A stretch of 55,286 bases of DNA, filler included, from Sluysia triapertura (GCA_046118255.1; 4 parts of 4 records of this genome joined end to end with filler, not necessarily neighbours in it); one strand, 5' to 3'; counted from the whole stretch's first letter, positions 1-13,289 are shown. Notes: generated by a model from the sequence alone, not told the origin. Translations and numbers: made by a program.

Positions 1-33
<33 letters not shown>
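1..33. repeat. (AAT)n microsatellite at window start
   Basis: ATAATAATA... run directly visible. Confidence 0.95.
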
Positions 34-34
<1 letters not shown>

Positions 35-3000
35 GACAGAAACGATAACAATGATAATAAAGTTTAAAGCTGAAATAAAATTGTATAAGTTAATAGGGTG
101 GATTGTAATTTATGTGATTATGTAGTGGTACAAAATAGGAGAAAAGATAACAATAATATGATGACGAAAATGTCGTAGCAATATTTAGTTTGGGCTACGA
201 TTTGTTTTTGCATGTGCTAATGTTAATACTGCTATCGTTATTGTGAATATTGTTTTATTCAGAAGCATTACATTAGATACGTTCATGAATTGTTGATATT
301 GGTTATGTTATATAATACTATTTAAGTTGATTGTGATTCATAGTGTTTTACAGCATTAAGCCTCCAATCTATGTATATGCATGATGTTGATGCGATGATG
401 TGATGGCAAGAGTGGAATTCATTTTGATATGCGTTCGAGTTAAATTATTGTGTAAGTAGATGATATTAAAGAAACTATAGTCATAGGTGAAGGACTTTAA
501 TAGTTTACTTTGTATTTATGAATTACTTCGAAGTTTGTTTTTACTGAGCTTTAAGATCCTAATTATCACTTTTAAAAAGTGATTTACTTTTGATCACTTT
601 CTTCCTTAACTAAAATTAAATCCTTTTTGTGAATATATTACTTCTCGTTTAATTTAGTTTGAAGAGTGGAAGTCCAATACTCGTCTCTGTTCTTAAAGAT
701 GGAAGTGCTATTTAAAGTATTATAAATTAAACTTTTATGATCTTATTTTCCAATCACTTTAGAAAATCAATAAATCTTGAGGTCTCTAATAACTTTATTA
801 ATGACACCAAGATTCTATAAATGAATCTTGGTAAAATAAATAAATAATATATAATTTAATTTTCTGTTATTTTAACAAAAATGTCTTACCATATATTTAA
901 TGTACTTCCTAAAGTCTTCAGATCATGTTAGGCAAAATGTTTGCCACTACTATTATATTAATTTGTTTGATAATAAAATTTATGCATATTTTCGTTTATG
1001 TATATTCAAAATTTATTAAATCATTTGCATTAATTATTTATATAAATTAAATTTTTAACATAATTACATTTATATGCGTTTTGTCACACATTGAATTTTT
1101 AACAAAATGCTTTGTATGCATTCTTATACGTTATTCTAACATAAAATAATTTATACATACTCTCACATCAATAATTCACATACATTCTTGTTTATCCTCA
1201 AATCAAATTATTTTATGGTTCACCAAATACTCTGATATTTAAGTTCTATTATAACAAATTCGTTTAAAGCATTTGAATACCTTTGTGGCTAACTATGCTA
1301 GATCAAGCACGTGTTTTAATTCTAGCATTCTTTAAAACATCTTTAATTCCTTAGTATCATCTACAATCAACATTGGCTCACTATTTCACACTTTCCCAAC
1401 TCCAACCAAACATTTCAACTATTGATCAAACATTCAACGCACTTTTTAGACATTCACATTACATATTTTCCATCTTTCAATTTCTCCTAAATCCATGTAC
1501 AATTTTCGATCAAAAGTATTCGTCTACGAAAAGGCAATACAAGTTATGTAATTATTTTCAATAAGATATTATTGTGGGATATTTTTTAGATTTGCCAAGC
1601 AGTTTATTTCATCTGAAGAACTTTTAATTCTTTTTGTTGGATTTTGTTCAGTTGCTTTTTTAATGACACAAATATTAACTGAATTTGACTATGTAACCAC
1701 CATGAATTTTTCTGAGCTAAAGTTGTACCATATTTGAATTATCAATATATTTTTCTACACTCTAAGTAATATCTGAGTTTCTGTGTCATTCAGTCATTTT
1801 TTTCCAGCAATGTATTAATTTTTAAATGACTATTTTTTGGTTTACGAAATTTGAAGATAATGATGTTAACCTTTTAAATAAGAATATTCTTTGAGAAATT
1901 ATCTACAAGAGTTACATCATATTTTAATATATTCAAATTAGTAATACTAAAAAAATTAGTATTTTAAAAAGATAGACTACTTAAATTGAACAATTTACGC
2001 TTGAAGTACATAATTTAACATATAACAATAAAGTTGACTATATACAATAATAGTTGAACAAAGATTAAATTTATGAACTAGAGATAAATCTTTTTTTTCA
2101 ATAATGTCGCATTATACATTTAATCTGTTTTTTGTTTATTTCTTAGTTAACAAATGACGGTTTTTAAATCCTATGTACAAGCTTAAACTAAAACAAAAGT
2201 TCGTAAGTGATATTTTTGTAGTAATTTGATTTCAAGGTTTAATATGTGAAAATTTTTTTAATCAAAAATACGATTTTCTATTAGTAATTTTTTGTTAATC
2301 CTAATCGACAACTTGATAATAAGTTATACTATTTCGCAATGCAATTTTTAATATTGAAAGAAATTAATGCTAACCCGTAGTCTCAAAAATAATTTTAAAT
2401 CCAAACGTTAAATGTGAAACACGACAATTTGGTTAAAGTTTTCATCGTAAATATAGAGAATTTTTCAATATAATATTAACTTTGTTGGTTTTCTAGTTAA
2501 TTTTATTAGATTGAATGTAAAGTTAACAAAAATTTCATTAAGCAAAATGGCAGAATTTGAGTGTTTTGACAATGATTAGTTTTTAGAATATTAACCAAAA
2601 ATTGCTAAATGTTATTCCAGGTAATACCATGTGATTGTGCCGAATAATGCGGTGAAACGTTGTGGTTAATTTTTTGGCGTAATGTAATTGTAACTTCAAT
2701 TTATAACAACTGTATTGCTTTATTTTTTAGCCTTCATTACTCGCGTCAATTTGTTGACGGTCTTATATAGAAAATCGACTAAATTTTGGCGTACTAAAGT
2801 GTAGAAAATTATTACAATAATATCTTAAAAATTATATAATATTATTAAGTAGCTTTACGTAATGTGTTTTGTTCTTTAGTTATAAACGCGTTATTATAAG
2901 TCTATTGTCTTAAGGTGTATGTTTTGTCAAATATCAATTTTCTATTAGTCGTTTATTATAAATGCTTTCTACTTGTAATATAATGTGCTATTCTTAATCT

Positions 3001-3819
3001 TTATTATCTCTAAGGCTTTGTTGATATCAACTTACATGTTTGTAGTTATTATATCTTAACTTGTTTAGTTTATTCTCTTAATATCAGATTCAAACTTTTT
3101 CACTCGACTGTAATACGTGCTATTAAATTTAGTTTATGAATAATTTGTATATGACAGCATTAGTCCTGTACTCGTCTCAACTTTTTGAGATGGAAGTGCT
3201 TAGATTATTAGTTAAGATTATTAACTTATTTATTCAGACTTTATTTCTTCAGATTTTATTTATATAAACTTTATTCTTTTAGATTTTATTTATTAAATTT
3301 TTTTATTTCTTCAGACTTCATTTTTCTTAGTTTATTACTAAAGCAAATGAAAAATAAGTTGAGTGAGCCATAAATTTTATTCAAATGACATACCAAATAA
3401 CATAAATTGTAATAATTAATAATCAAAATATTAATATAATTTAAGATGATTAAAATTTATAATTTTAGTTAAATAAATTAAATCAAACCGAGGTTCAATA
3501 ATTTATTGTCATATAGTTGTTTGCCGTTTAATACAATGCCGTTCTCTAGTGATATGATGGTCGTTTTCTGATGAATTATCTTACAGCTGTTATTTCCTTT
3601 TTTTGTCTCGTCTTTTAAGTCACTGGCTATTTATATAAATTACAATAATTTGTAATCCATCAATAATTTAAACTGATAAATCATAATAATTAGTAGATGG
3701 TACGTAATTAATAATCAATTAATAACATAATAATAATCAATCTAATCTAAGTCTAATTTTATTTTACCTTCATAAGTATCAATTTCTAGTTTAATTAGAA
3801 AAGATAGTTACAATAAGGT

Positions 3820-4628
3820 TCAAGAATCACCATATGGAAAATATTCTTTAAAACATTCTAGAATTTACAAGACGTTTATAAACTCCACGGCTAGTTACTA
3901 TTCTGCAGATATTGATGGCTCAAATATAGTATCCGTTTATTGGATATTGATTCTTCTTCATTTAAGACTTCAAATGGAACTTAAACATTAACAATAAATG
4001 GAGTAAAGAAATCTGATTTTGGAGTTTATGCAACTACTGCTACAAATTCAATGGGTTTGAGTTCAACTTCTTGTTTACTAGAATCATGACACAAACTTGG
4101 CATTATCACTGAAGATTACGATTTAATCGATAAACGAAAATTAAAAACAAATGTTACTTCAAAAATAATCCGTGGTTTGTCTTCGAATATTAATGTAAAA
4201 TTCAGTGATCTTACTAAATTGGAAATGTATTAACGAGATAACTCATTGCTATCATTATTAAATGGGATACAGATGAAGAAGAAATAACTGAAACAAATTC
4301 GAACATTATAACAAAGAAAGATCTAATTCTTATGTATTATAATTTATAAAAGGTGTCGATAGATCAGATGGATATTATAGATCTGTTATTCGATATTATG
4401 ACACATTGGATTATGGAATGACATTAAAATCTGATCACGTGATGATGATGGACAAAGGCGATTGTAAAATAAATTTCCAAAGTCATAGAATCTCTTGAAG
4501 AAGCTTGCCATGAAAATCCAGATACGGCTGAATGTGGTATTATTGGTAGTGCGATATTAATCTCTGATATATTAAATTTTATTCTTTTACTTGTTAAAAT
4601 TTACAAAATTTATTACGAAGAAAATTAA
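3820..4628 (+). pseudogene. Degraded Ig (I-set)-domain membrane protein
   Basis: Manual translation gives GT*TLTINGVKKSDFGVYATTATNSMGLSSTSC (I-set TLTI..V...D.G.Y...A.N..G pattern), a second weaker Ig-like segment, and a hydrophobic end GIIGSAILISDILNFILLLVKIY. In-frame stops and frameshifts are present. Confidence 0.5.
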
Positions 4629-4883
4629 AATAAAACTTAATACATTTATTATTTATGTTAAAGACAAATATATAAAAATTTTGTTCATAATTGCCTGAAT
4701 ATGCTATTTCCATATCTTCAATTGTCTCTAGGAATATAAATAAAAAATTGAAATAATCAGAAATAAAAACTAATAACTTATAAAATATATTTTGGCAAAG
4801 TTTTTGTCGTTACGATAATGTTCAGTTATTGAGTTTAATTTGTAACCGAGAGGGACTAATTGTATTGATTACGGAATTGATAT

Positions 4884-5300
4884 TAATTCATGTGTCCTAT
4901 GTGCATAATGACAGTCTTTTCCATTTTGACGCATAGACCAGAATTTGAAATTTCATAAAGACAATGCTGATTTATAAAATATTGAATGGGCATCATCTTG
5001 TATTATGTCAAATTTTCCATTACTGCCATTTTTAACACTAAATGGTATTGAATGCTTAAGAGGTATTGATATAACTTTATTGTTACTAAATGGCAGAGTA
5101 GAGATATTGGCTGTTTGGATAAGATTCAGAATCGAATGGTCAGTTAGTGCTAAGTTACTGGAATTAGGAAAATAAGGTAACACCGCTTGCAATGATGAAT
5201 ATTGTTCATTTTGGATCATTAAGATATAATTATTTGGCAAAACAAAATCTTTATTTCTTTCATTTGACTCGTCAGAATTTTTAAAAGCCTTTTGTAACAT
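4884..5300 (-). pseudogene. Degraded CCCH zinc-finger protein (TIS11/ZFP36-type finger)
   Basis: ORF 4953-5300 ends FYKSALSL*. Shifted frames continue NSGLC / QNGKDCHYAHRTHEL, matching YKTxLC..F...G.C..G..C.YAHG.HEL. The finger (4884-4976) is broken by frameshifts. Confidence 0.6.
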
Positions 5301-5828
5301 ATTTGGAGTTGATACTTAATTATCTCTTTAAGTTGGGATAAGATCACATAATTTTGTATGACTACTAATGATGTTAACACGTCGCTTGGTAATAAATTGA
5401 TTATAAATTCCTTTATCGACTTTGCCTTATTTGTTAGATCATTATACGTATTAGAATTTGTATATGATCATTATCGTCATAATGATTTTTGAATCATAAT
5501 CGTCGTCAAAACTGTTCGAATCTTTAATTGTTTTGAAAGACATTGAAGATAACAATAATTTTTGTAATGTAATTTTAATTTCGAATTCTAAAAATATTTG
5601 ATATTGAAAAGTTTTTTCTTATTCTAGCTACAAAATTAATAAGAATTGAATAAACGATCTTTGAATAAAATATTTGTGAATATAACTTGAAAAATTACAG
5701 TAATTATAAATTGAATTAATACATTAAATTTGTCGTTAATGATTACTTAAAATTATTCTATCTATATTAATTGTGACAAATTTTTGTGTATCACTGAGTG
5801 TATGATACTATTATCAGAGACGATGATA

Positions 5829-5991
5829 TTTCATTGGTTAGCCAATGAAAGTGGCCATGTCATCAAAAAGTCAATTCTGTAGTACAATTAAAGGAATGAC
5901 TAGTTGTAATTAATTAAATAGATACAATTGAATTTGTCATACAATGACAGATATTAATGTGGGCCTAGTTAGTAACTGTCAGAGTTGACAG
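5829..5991. promoter_or_regulatory. Cluster of palindromic motifs (inverted CCAAT pair; two TGTCA-N4/5-TGACA), putative promoter
   Basis: TTTCATTGG-TTAG-CCAATGAAA at 5829-5850; TGTCA-N5-TGACA at 5935-5949; CTGTCA-N4-TGACAG at 5976-5991. Lies upstream of a minus-strand gene relic. Confidence 0.35.
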
Positions 5992-6527
5992 ATCGTGATA
6001 AAAATTGAATTGGTAACAATGATGATAATAATGAAAATAATAATTAATAATAATAATAATTGATAATGGTAATTATGGTAATAATAATACTAATAAAATA
6101 CAGTAATGTAATTGTAACTTCACTTTATAACAACTAATAATAATAATAATAATAAATAAATAATACTGAATAAAAATTAACAAAGAATACATAAAATTCT
6201 GTCTCTTTCTTATACATATTTCTTTGATTTCTAAATTTCTTTAAAAATTTAATAAAATATTCCTTGTAAAATATTATTTCTTTTCTTAAGCTATAAAACA
6301 AAGTACATAAAATTCTTTTAGGTAATGAATAATGTTAAAATAATAAAGTAAAACTTATAAAAGGAGATTAGTAAAATTGGAGATGTTGAAAGAAATTCCA
6401 TTTAGATTATTATCAAATTTTGAAATAAATTTAAAATGTAAATGATTTTAAAATGATTTTCGACGTTATTAATGATTTAATGTTATCAAATTGTGAACAT
6501 AAAATGTTTTGATATTTTTACAATTTT

Positions 6528-6851
6528 GAATTAAAGGTTGGCCACCACAATTGGTTGAAATGACTCTTTAAAAGTCAAATACTAAATCTCAAGAAATAAT
6601 GAAGATATTATTAAAGATACAATAAAAATAGTTCGAGAATGTATAGGAGCTGTTGCAAGTTTCAAATTAGCAATAATTGTACATAGATTATCAAAGACTA
6701 GATCAGGAAAAATATCCGAAGTTTATTAACTGCAATGACAAATAGAAAACCATTCACTGTTCCGGTTATAACAGAAGACCTAACTGTGCTCGATCTGATC
6801 TGTAATGAATTTTTAAATTTGGATTTAAAACCACCTCAAACATACGAGTAA
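6528..6851 (+). pseudogene. ACSS3: 3' fragment of acyl-CoA synthetase short-chain family 3 (propionyl-CoA synthetase-like), frameshifted
   Basis: IVRECIGAVASFKLAIIVHRLSKTRSGKI / RSLLTAMTNRKPFTVPVITED...QTYE* matches the ACSS3/PrpE C-terminus (VRxxIGxVAxF...LPKTRSGKI.R...TIED). There is a 1-nt deletion after SGKI and no upstream exons are visible. Confidence 0.75.
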
Positions 6852-6932
6852 AATAAGATTTTACTTTTTAAAAATACATTTAATTTAGTTATTTTATTCG
6901 TATGGTTGAGGTGGTTTTAAATCCAAATTTAA
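6813..6932. repeat. 44-bp inverted repeat (fold-back) with 32-nt spacer
   Basis: 6813-6856 and 6889-6932 are reverse complements with 2 mismatches. Confidence 0.9.
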
Positions 6933-8699
6933 TGAATTAAACATTAATATTTTGCAGTTAACATTAGTATTAGTATTAGTATTTAATTGGATCAGTATAA
7001 ATGCAAACTTATCGAAGAACCAAAATTAGTTCATAATCATTTACCACGGATAGTAAATTTTAATAAATGGCACGATTCTATGATACTTAATTTGGAGTAG
7101 TGTATGTTATATGTTTTATTAAATTGAAAATTAATTTAGTAAATTTTATAAAAATTAATACTGAAAAATTAACATGTTATCAAGGTCCTCGGCAAAGGGC
7201 AGAAAAGAGGGAGCAAAGGGGGTGGACGGGGTAAAACAAACAAGAGGGCTACATAGGTTGGATATTCCAACACTTCAATTGTAATATTGCATTCTTTTGT
7301 CAATTCAGAAAGATGAAGAATTGACAAACCTCTAGACGCAGCAACTGTGAGATTTTATCAACAAGGTTTACTTTAACGTTTCCTTGCGCAGAAGCCACGT
7401 ATAATGTATCAAATGATTCAGGGGCATTAGCGAGACCTTGTTAGCGATTTCTCTTTCGTTAGAGAAAAAATGTGAAGCGAAAGAAGTAGAAAAAAGGTAG
7501 GGTTAGTGTTAGCAGCGCAGAAACGTTCTACCGCCGTATAAAAAGCCCTTATTTGAGCGATTACGCGAGCCTGAGGTCGGTGATTGTGTTGAAGTTGTTG
7601 TGATTTTAAACTGGATAAAAGATAAAATTAAAAGGGAAAAGAGTTTTTCAAGTAATCAATTTCTATACAATTTTTTTTATTAATATTATAGTATATAATA
7701 ATATTTAGGAAGTAATCAATGTTGTTTAAGAAACCGCTGTTGTTTAACTTAACCGCTCATTTCTCTTATAGAACTGTTTAAGTTGGCGTCGTCTATAATT
7801 ACGCCTTTTTGATTTTGTCAATCCTGGGGGGAGTAATAAGGTTTTGGCACCTCAAACCCATTATATAGGATATCATTATCAGAAAAATTACTTGGTTGAT
7901 AAATATCAACACTAGTATTCTCCTGGAGTCCCTGATAAGCTACAACAAGAGTTGAGTTAGGTCTAATATATTTAACAGAGAATTCTTAAGACTTACGAAA
8001 TGTTCTTCTATAAAAAGTGTCACATTCTGTGATTGTGGCTCGTCACAAGAGACAAGAAGGTAAAGGATTTGGGCAGAATCAAATAGAAAATATAGGCATC
8101 GAAAGTGAAAGCGATGTCTGCAAGGTATTGCGATAGAGTAATGTCTATGTATCGGTTTTCGACATATGGAACGTAGTGTTGTGCTGTTTTGCTAAAAATA
8201 AAATCATAATATAAATCTTAAGAAGGATTAAATAGTGAATAAGATAAATTCAGATTTAACACTTGATATAAAAGTTTATTCTAACTAAATTACTAAAATA
8301 TACTAATAAAAACTTATTCTTAGCTACTTACTTGATGCTATAAATGATTTTAATAAAATATGAGCTCCAACACCATCCTTCCCATAACCGATAATGAACA
8401 GTTAACAGCCGTCACACATGGTTAGTAAACAGGAAATTGCTATCACTCATATTTTATACTTTATATAATTTACACTTAAAAGAAAAAATGATTTTTATGC
8501 CTTATAAATAAATAAAACTTATGAATTTGAAATACAATGTGTATAGACGGAGTAACGAAAAGAAAACTTAATAAAATGTAATAATTAAATTATAGTGTGA
8601 TATAAATTTATAGAAGTGGTAAGATGATTTAAATGTGAGTAATTGTAAGATTGTAGACTTATATTCTTATTTGGTATAGTAACGTAATTAGTAGTCCTA

Positions 8700-9430
8700 G
8701 CATTATTTGTAGTCTTTAATATATTTAAAGTAGTAGGTACCATTAGATCGTATACTCTATACTCCGGCCAAAATCCCAGAGTGTCGTGAATCTCGTTATA
8801 ATGTAAAATCCAAATTTCAATAAATGTAAGATTGCGTTCTTACTGGTGTTGGGCAGTATTAGCGTGTAATGTTCTTTGTCAAAGAGCGCATCGAAATTTT
8901 TACTAGAAATATTCTTTTCATTGATTCGTAACCTATTAATGTACTATGTTTTGTTAAGGGATTTGATATGAACGAAGTTATTGTTTTCCCTATACAATAT
9001 CATTAAGAATTTGATAGTTATTGTTAAATGATTAAAAGTATATGGTTTTGTTCTAATATTCTGTAACTATATATGGACTTGGTTTTCGAACCCAAATTTG
9101 TCAAAAATTCTAAATGTAGAGTTACGTTGAATAATTGATTTTCTATAAGACCATCACAAGAGGCGATCCAGTATTTGGTATATTTGCTAACATCTGATTC
9201 ATCCTTACATCATTTAGTCAAACAACAATGCATAGTAATATTAGTAATTATAACAGTATCGCTTCGTATTTTTGCATATATCGTACGTTGTAGTGCTTTT
9301 AATGTAATTCGTGGTTTAATTATCGGTTTGCATGTACGTTAATTATACAAGTCATACATATACATGCCAACATGACAGTATTGTGGATGTGTTATAAACG
9401 TAAAATGTATAATTACATTTAATTATTAAT
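8700..9430 (-). pseudogene. Possible degraded Ig-like extracellular protein
   Basis: Fragments such as HVGMY...KPRITL and YTLILPNT...GFY resemble Ig strands. Many stops; weak. Confidence 0.2.
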
Positions 9431-9573
9431 GAATTATTGTTATTATAAACATTATTAGTTCTATTTTTTAATTTATTGCAAGATATATAAAATTCAAAAT
9501 AATTACGATTATACAAATGGTTCTTAAGGCACTTAAGTAATACATAGTTAAAATAATCATTCGAAATATAAAT

Positions 9574-10410
9574 TTATTTAGCATCCGCAGAATTGAAAAT
9601 TTTAATCACTTTCGATATACTATCAATATTACTAAATAAATAACTTTGTCTTCTTAAACTGTTTATGACTCCGGCTCGTACTGGAACACTGTTCTTCAGA
9701 GTAATATTTAAACTCGTTGATGGCATTTTGAATTTATACCAAATAAAGATAAAATCACAAATTTTGAATTTAATCGTCGAATTACCATTAAATCCGATCA
9801 TACGTGTTCGTACCCAAATTTTTTTAACCTTAACATCATTGAGTCCGTATATAATTATTGAATAAATAATGTATAGCTGATAGAATGCTAAAAGTCATTT
9901 CTATTACAAACATCTCTCTAATTTCATAAGTACTATTTAGTTTACAATATAATCATAATCATGAACACCATTATAAGTACGTATATCATTATTGAATAAA
10001 TAATGTATAGCTGATAAAATGCTAAAAATCATTTCTATTACAAACACCTCTTTAATTTCATAAGTACTATTTAGTTTCAAATAGTTTACAATATAAGCAT
10101 AAATAGAATACCCAAAATGATATTCTAATTGTTCAATAGGTGTTTGAAATTCAGTCCAAGTTCGGTAATACCGAACAACGTGTGGAAGTCTAACACTTAC
10201 ATCGAATACATGAGTATCAGTTTCATTAGATGGTGAAGGATAAGCTGAATAGATTGGACTAGCAATAAACAGAGCATATCGCGCGTTATAAGCATCTTCA
10301 TTTAATACATTACTGAATTTCATTACTGAATACTTTACATAAATTTCCATCTTTAGAATTTGATTTCATCAATTCTGTAGAATGTTGGTATTGATCAAAC
10401 TCCGAATGCG
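9574..10410 (-). pseudogene. Degraded protein kinase, Wee1-like
   Basis: Ordered kinase motifs across frames: DGNLCKVF (G-loop remnant), PHVVRYYRTWTE...QLEY..GYSI (cf. Wee1 HVVRYxSAWAE...QNEYCNGGSL), ILSAIHYL, NDVKVKKIWV (catalytic loop remnant) and IKFKICDF. Frameshifts and an internal duplication are present. Confidence 0.55.
9846..10097. repeat. Diverged ~134-bp-period tandem duplication inside kinase relic
   Basis: 9846-9952 and 9980-10097 share CGTATAT..TTATTGAATAAATAATGTATAGCTGATA.AATGCTAAAA.TCATTTCTATTACAAACA..TC..TAATTTCATAAGTACTATTTAGTTT. Confidence 0.9.
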
Positions 10411-11677
10411 TTATGCAACGCTTTTTATTGTTCTCAATATCATTTCAAAACAACGTAATGCAACTTCATTTAAATGGACGTCATGGTTAACTAGTTCATT
10501 CATGTCGTGGACTAGAAATGATGCAGTCAACACTTTTCACTTTGAAATCTTCTGTTTCTCGTCCGAATATCTTCAAATTATTTCAAAATTTTTTGGTTCG
10601 AGTCTAACGACAATAGCTTAAAGTAATTTCAAAATCTTTAAAATTCGTTATTGTGCTTATTTTTATTAATGTGTGAGTATTTATACTACACACACATATC
10701 TCATCTATTGGCGTCATCATGGTCATCATCATCATTACTACTACTGCCATTTTTATTAGTAGTAGAAATTAGATTTATTTTGATGTGTGTTTAATAACGA
10801 GTTGTAATTGATTTTTAAACTTAATAACTTAATACAACTAGATACGGCGATAATTAACAAAGAACGGAATCTAGATTCCAAAGAGCACTTATGTCAAATA
10901 AACTCATTAAAATCATATTGAATTTAATTATTGAAATATTGTACTTAATTCAGTCGGTAATAACAAATACAAATTAACCAACAATTGAACAGAATGAATA
11001 ACCAATCGAAATTGATTTGTTTTCGAATAACAATTAAATTATTGTTACTGCAACAATAGAAACTAAGTGCTTAGTATCACTTAAATCACTAGATATTATA
11101 GAAATTAATTTTTTCATACATTATTTAATGAAAATAGTTTCCGACCAAGTATTAGCAGACATTGTAACATGATTAAAATTATTAAGCAATTTCTGATCAC
11201 TGAAATTACAAAGACTATATAATTCTACTCTGTTATCCTCATGTGCGTAACATTCTTTAAGATCTAAGTTTCCATAGACTGTATCTAACATGAATTTGTT
11301 TGAACTCCTTAATAAATCAAATTGCATCTTTGGTATCAATTCGTAGCATTGCATTTTCATCGGATGTAGTATCAGCCTGGTCTTTCACTAGAAATCAAAT
11401 AGTATGCATCCCATTTTATAAAATTGAAATAAGTCATCAGGATTTAGATGAACTATATTTAGAAGGGTATAAAATACGTAATCTTTTCAGGCACAAAAAC
11501 ATTTTTGAAGTAATATTTTATTTTCACGTTCCTTTTTAAACTTTGATCACTATGTAATTGCAAGAAATTGTATGAGTATGCGAATAAAGCTTAAAACTAG
11601 TGAGTTCACCAACGTATTGGTCTTACGAACTCAATGGCCAACCGTTGGATTTTCTAACTTAAAAAGTAAAATGGAGG

Positions 11678-11777
11678 NNNNNNNNNNNNNNNNNNNNNNN
11701 NNNNNNNNNNNNNNNNNNNNNTTAATTAATTAANNNNNNNNNNNNNNNNNNNNNNNNNNNNNNNNNNNNNNNNNNNN
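11678..11777. other. Artificial contig linker (44N + TTAATTAATTAA + 44N)
   Basis: Identical structure occurs three times; the 12-mer has stops in all six frames. Confidence 0.98.
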
Positions 11778-11787
11778 ATTATCATCA

Positions 11788-11838
<51 letters not shown>

Positions 11839-11850
11839 GATTAATAATAA
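11778..11850. repeat. (ATT)n microsatellite at contig start
   Basis: Directly visible. Confidence 0.9.
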
Positions 11851-13210
11851 TTCTCTTTAATTTATTTTATATATATTTCGAGTATTTTAGTATTTGAATA
11901 ATTTAAGTATTTTAATCTAAGATTTTATTTTCTGTAAAATAACTGAGAGAACTAACAAAGTTTTACCAATCGTGAACAGTCTGGATCTCCAAAAATAGAC
12001 TAAATTCAATCCACAAATTCAAATTGACAATAGTTTTCTATTTTACTAATTTCTATTTAATTTTTTATATTAAACTGTAATAATTTTTAAATATAAATCT
12101 CTTGCTATAATTATATCAAACTAATAAACTATTTGTAACTTTTAACCTTTGAGTTTTTGTGTGACTTTTTGCAAATTACCTTTGATATTTATACTTGAAA
12201 TGTTAGATTTAAACAATTGAATCATAATTTTGATAATAATAATATTTTCTTTATAATTTCAATTTTTAAAATAAATAATAATTTTGACAATAAAATTTAA
12301 TATCAATTTTTCTAATTTATCAATAATAATTTCAATATTTTTCTATATTATTAAATTAAATTAAATTAAATATTTAAATAACATTACAATATTTAGAATA
12401 TTAACAAATTACTATATATTACATATTAAATTACGATATTACAACATTACAATATAACATTTGTAAAGATCGTCAGAATGTATTGGATGTACTCATACAG
12501 TTTGTTAATAAATAAATAAACTGTTAATAAATGATAAATAAATAAGCATCATAATTTAAAGGTTGTTTAAAAGCTGTTGATAAAATTTTATAATCAATTA
12601 CAGTAATTATATTCTTATCGAAACTTTTATTAATTCCGACATGTTTTGTTAATAAATACATTGTTATGTAAACAATATGATTTAAGTTAATTAACAAAGT
12701 TGTAATAAGAATTATTATCAATTATAACATAAATTTTCTTAAAAAACTTTCTTTAATTTTAACAACTACTTCAATATCAACATTTTTCATCAATGAATTA
12801 GATAGAATTTCAATCTGTATCATTTTAGTAGATGAAGTTAAACATTTCTTCAATAGCCCAAAATCTTGCAAATAAATAGTTCCACTTTTTATTTCAAGCT
12901 TCATAACTAATTTAATAAAATGAAGATTGGTGGTATTAATAGTCGTAATGCAACATCGTGATCATAAAGACGATCACCAATGAGCAAGAGATATGTCGAT
13001 TGTCTGAATTTATTTTTAAATCTTTAATAATGTTATGAGCTTTGTCATAAAACAGTTTTACATCAAACATAATTAAAAATTACTTTTGCAAGATCCAAAC
13101 GGCCAATTAAAAGTACGCCTAAATGCCGAACAAATTTTAATAACCAATAAAAGCAACTGTTTTGCTATTAACATCATTTTGCAAATAGCAGATTTTAATA
13201 GTAAAAAGGT

Positions 13211-13278
13211 TGTCAACTAATGACAGAGTAAATGAACAGATGATTAAAAATTGTCAGTTTCATGTCACAACTGACATG
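13211..13278. promoter_or_regulatory. Second TGTCA-N4/5-TGACA palindrome cluster
   Basis: TGTCA-ACTAA-TGACA at 13211-13225 and CATGTCA-CAAC-TGACATG at 13261-13278. Confidence 0.35.
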
Positions 13279-13289
13279 CGGCATAATTG

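Noticed and set aside
1-60. (AAT)n/(ATT)n at contig ends as telomeres or nanochromosome ends
   Set aside because: The same repeat occurs internally (e.g. 46844-46908) and orientation is inconsistent; assemblies commonly break at microsatellites.
7175-7285. Histone H2A/H4-like N-terminal tail
   Set aside because: G/K/R-rich only; no histone fold follows and the frames close quickly.
11678-11777. Palindromic TTAATTAATTAA flanked by N runs, three times
   Set aside because: Six-frame-stop linker used to concatenate contigs; not biological.
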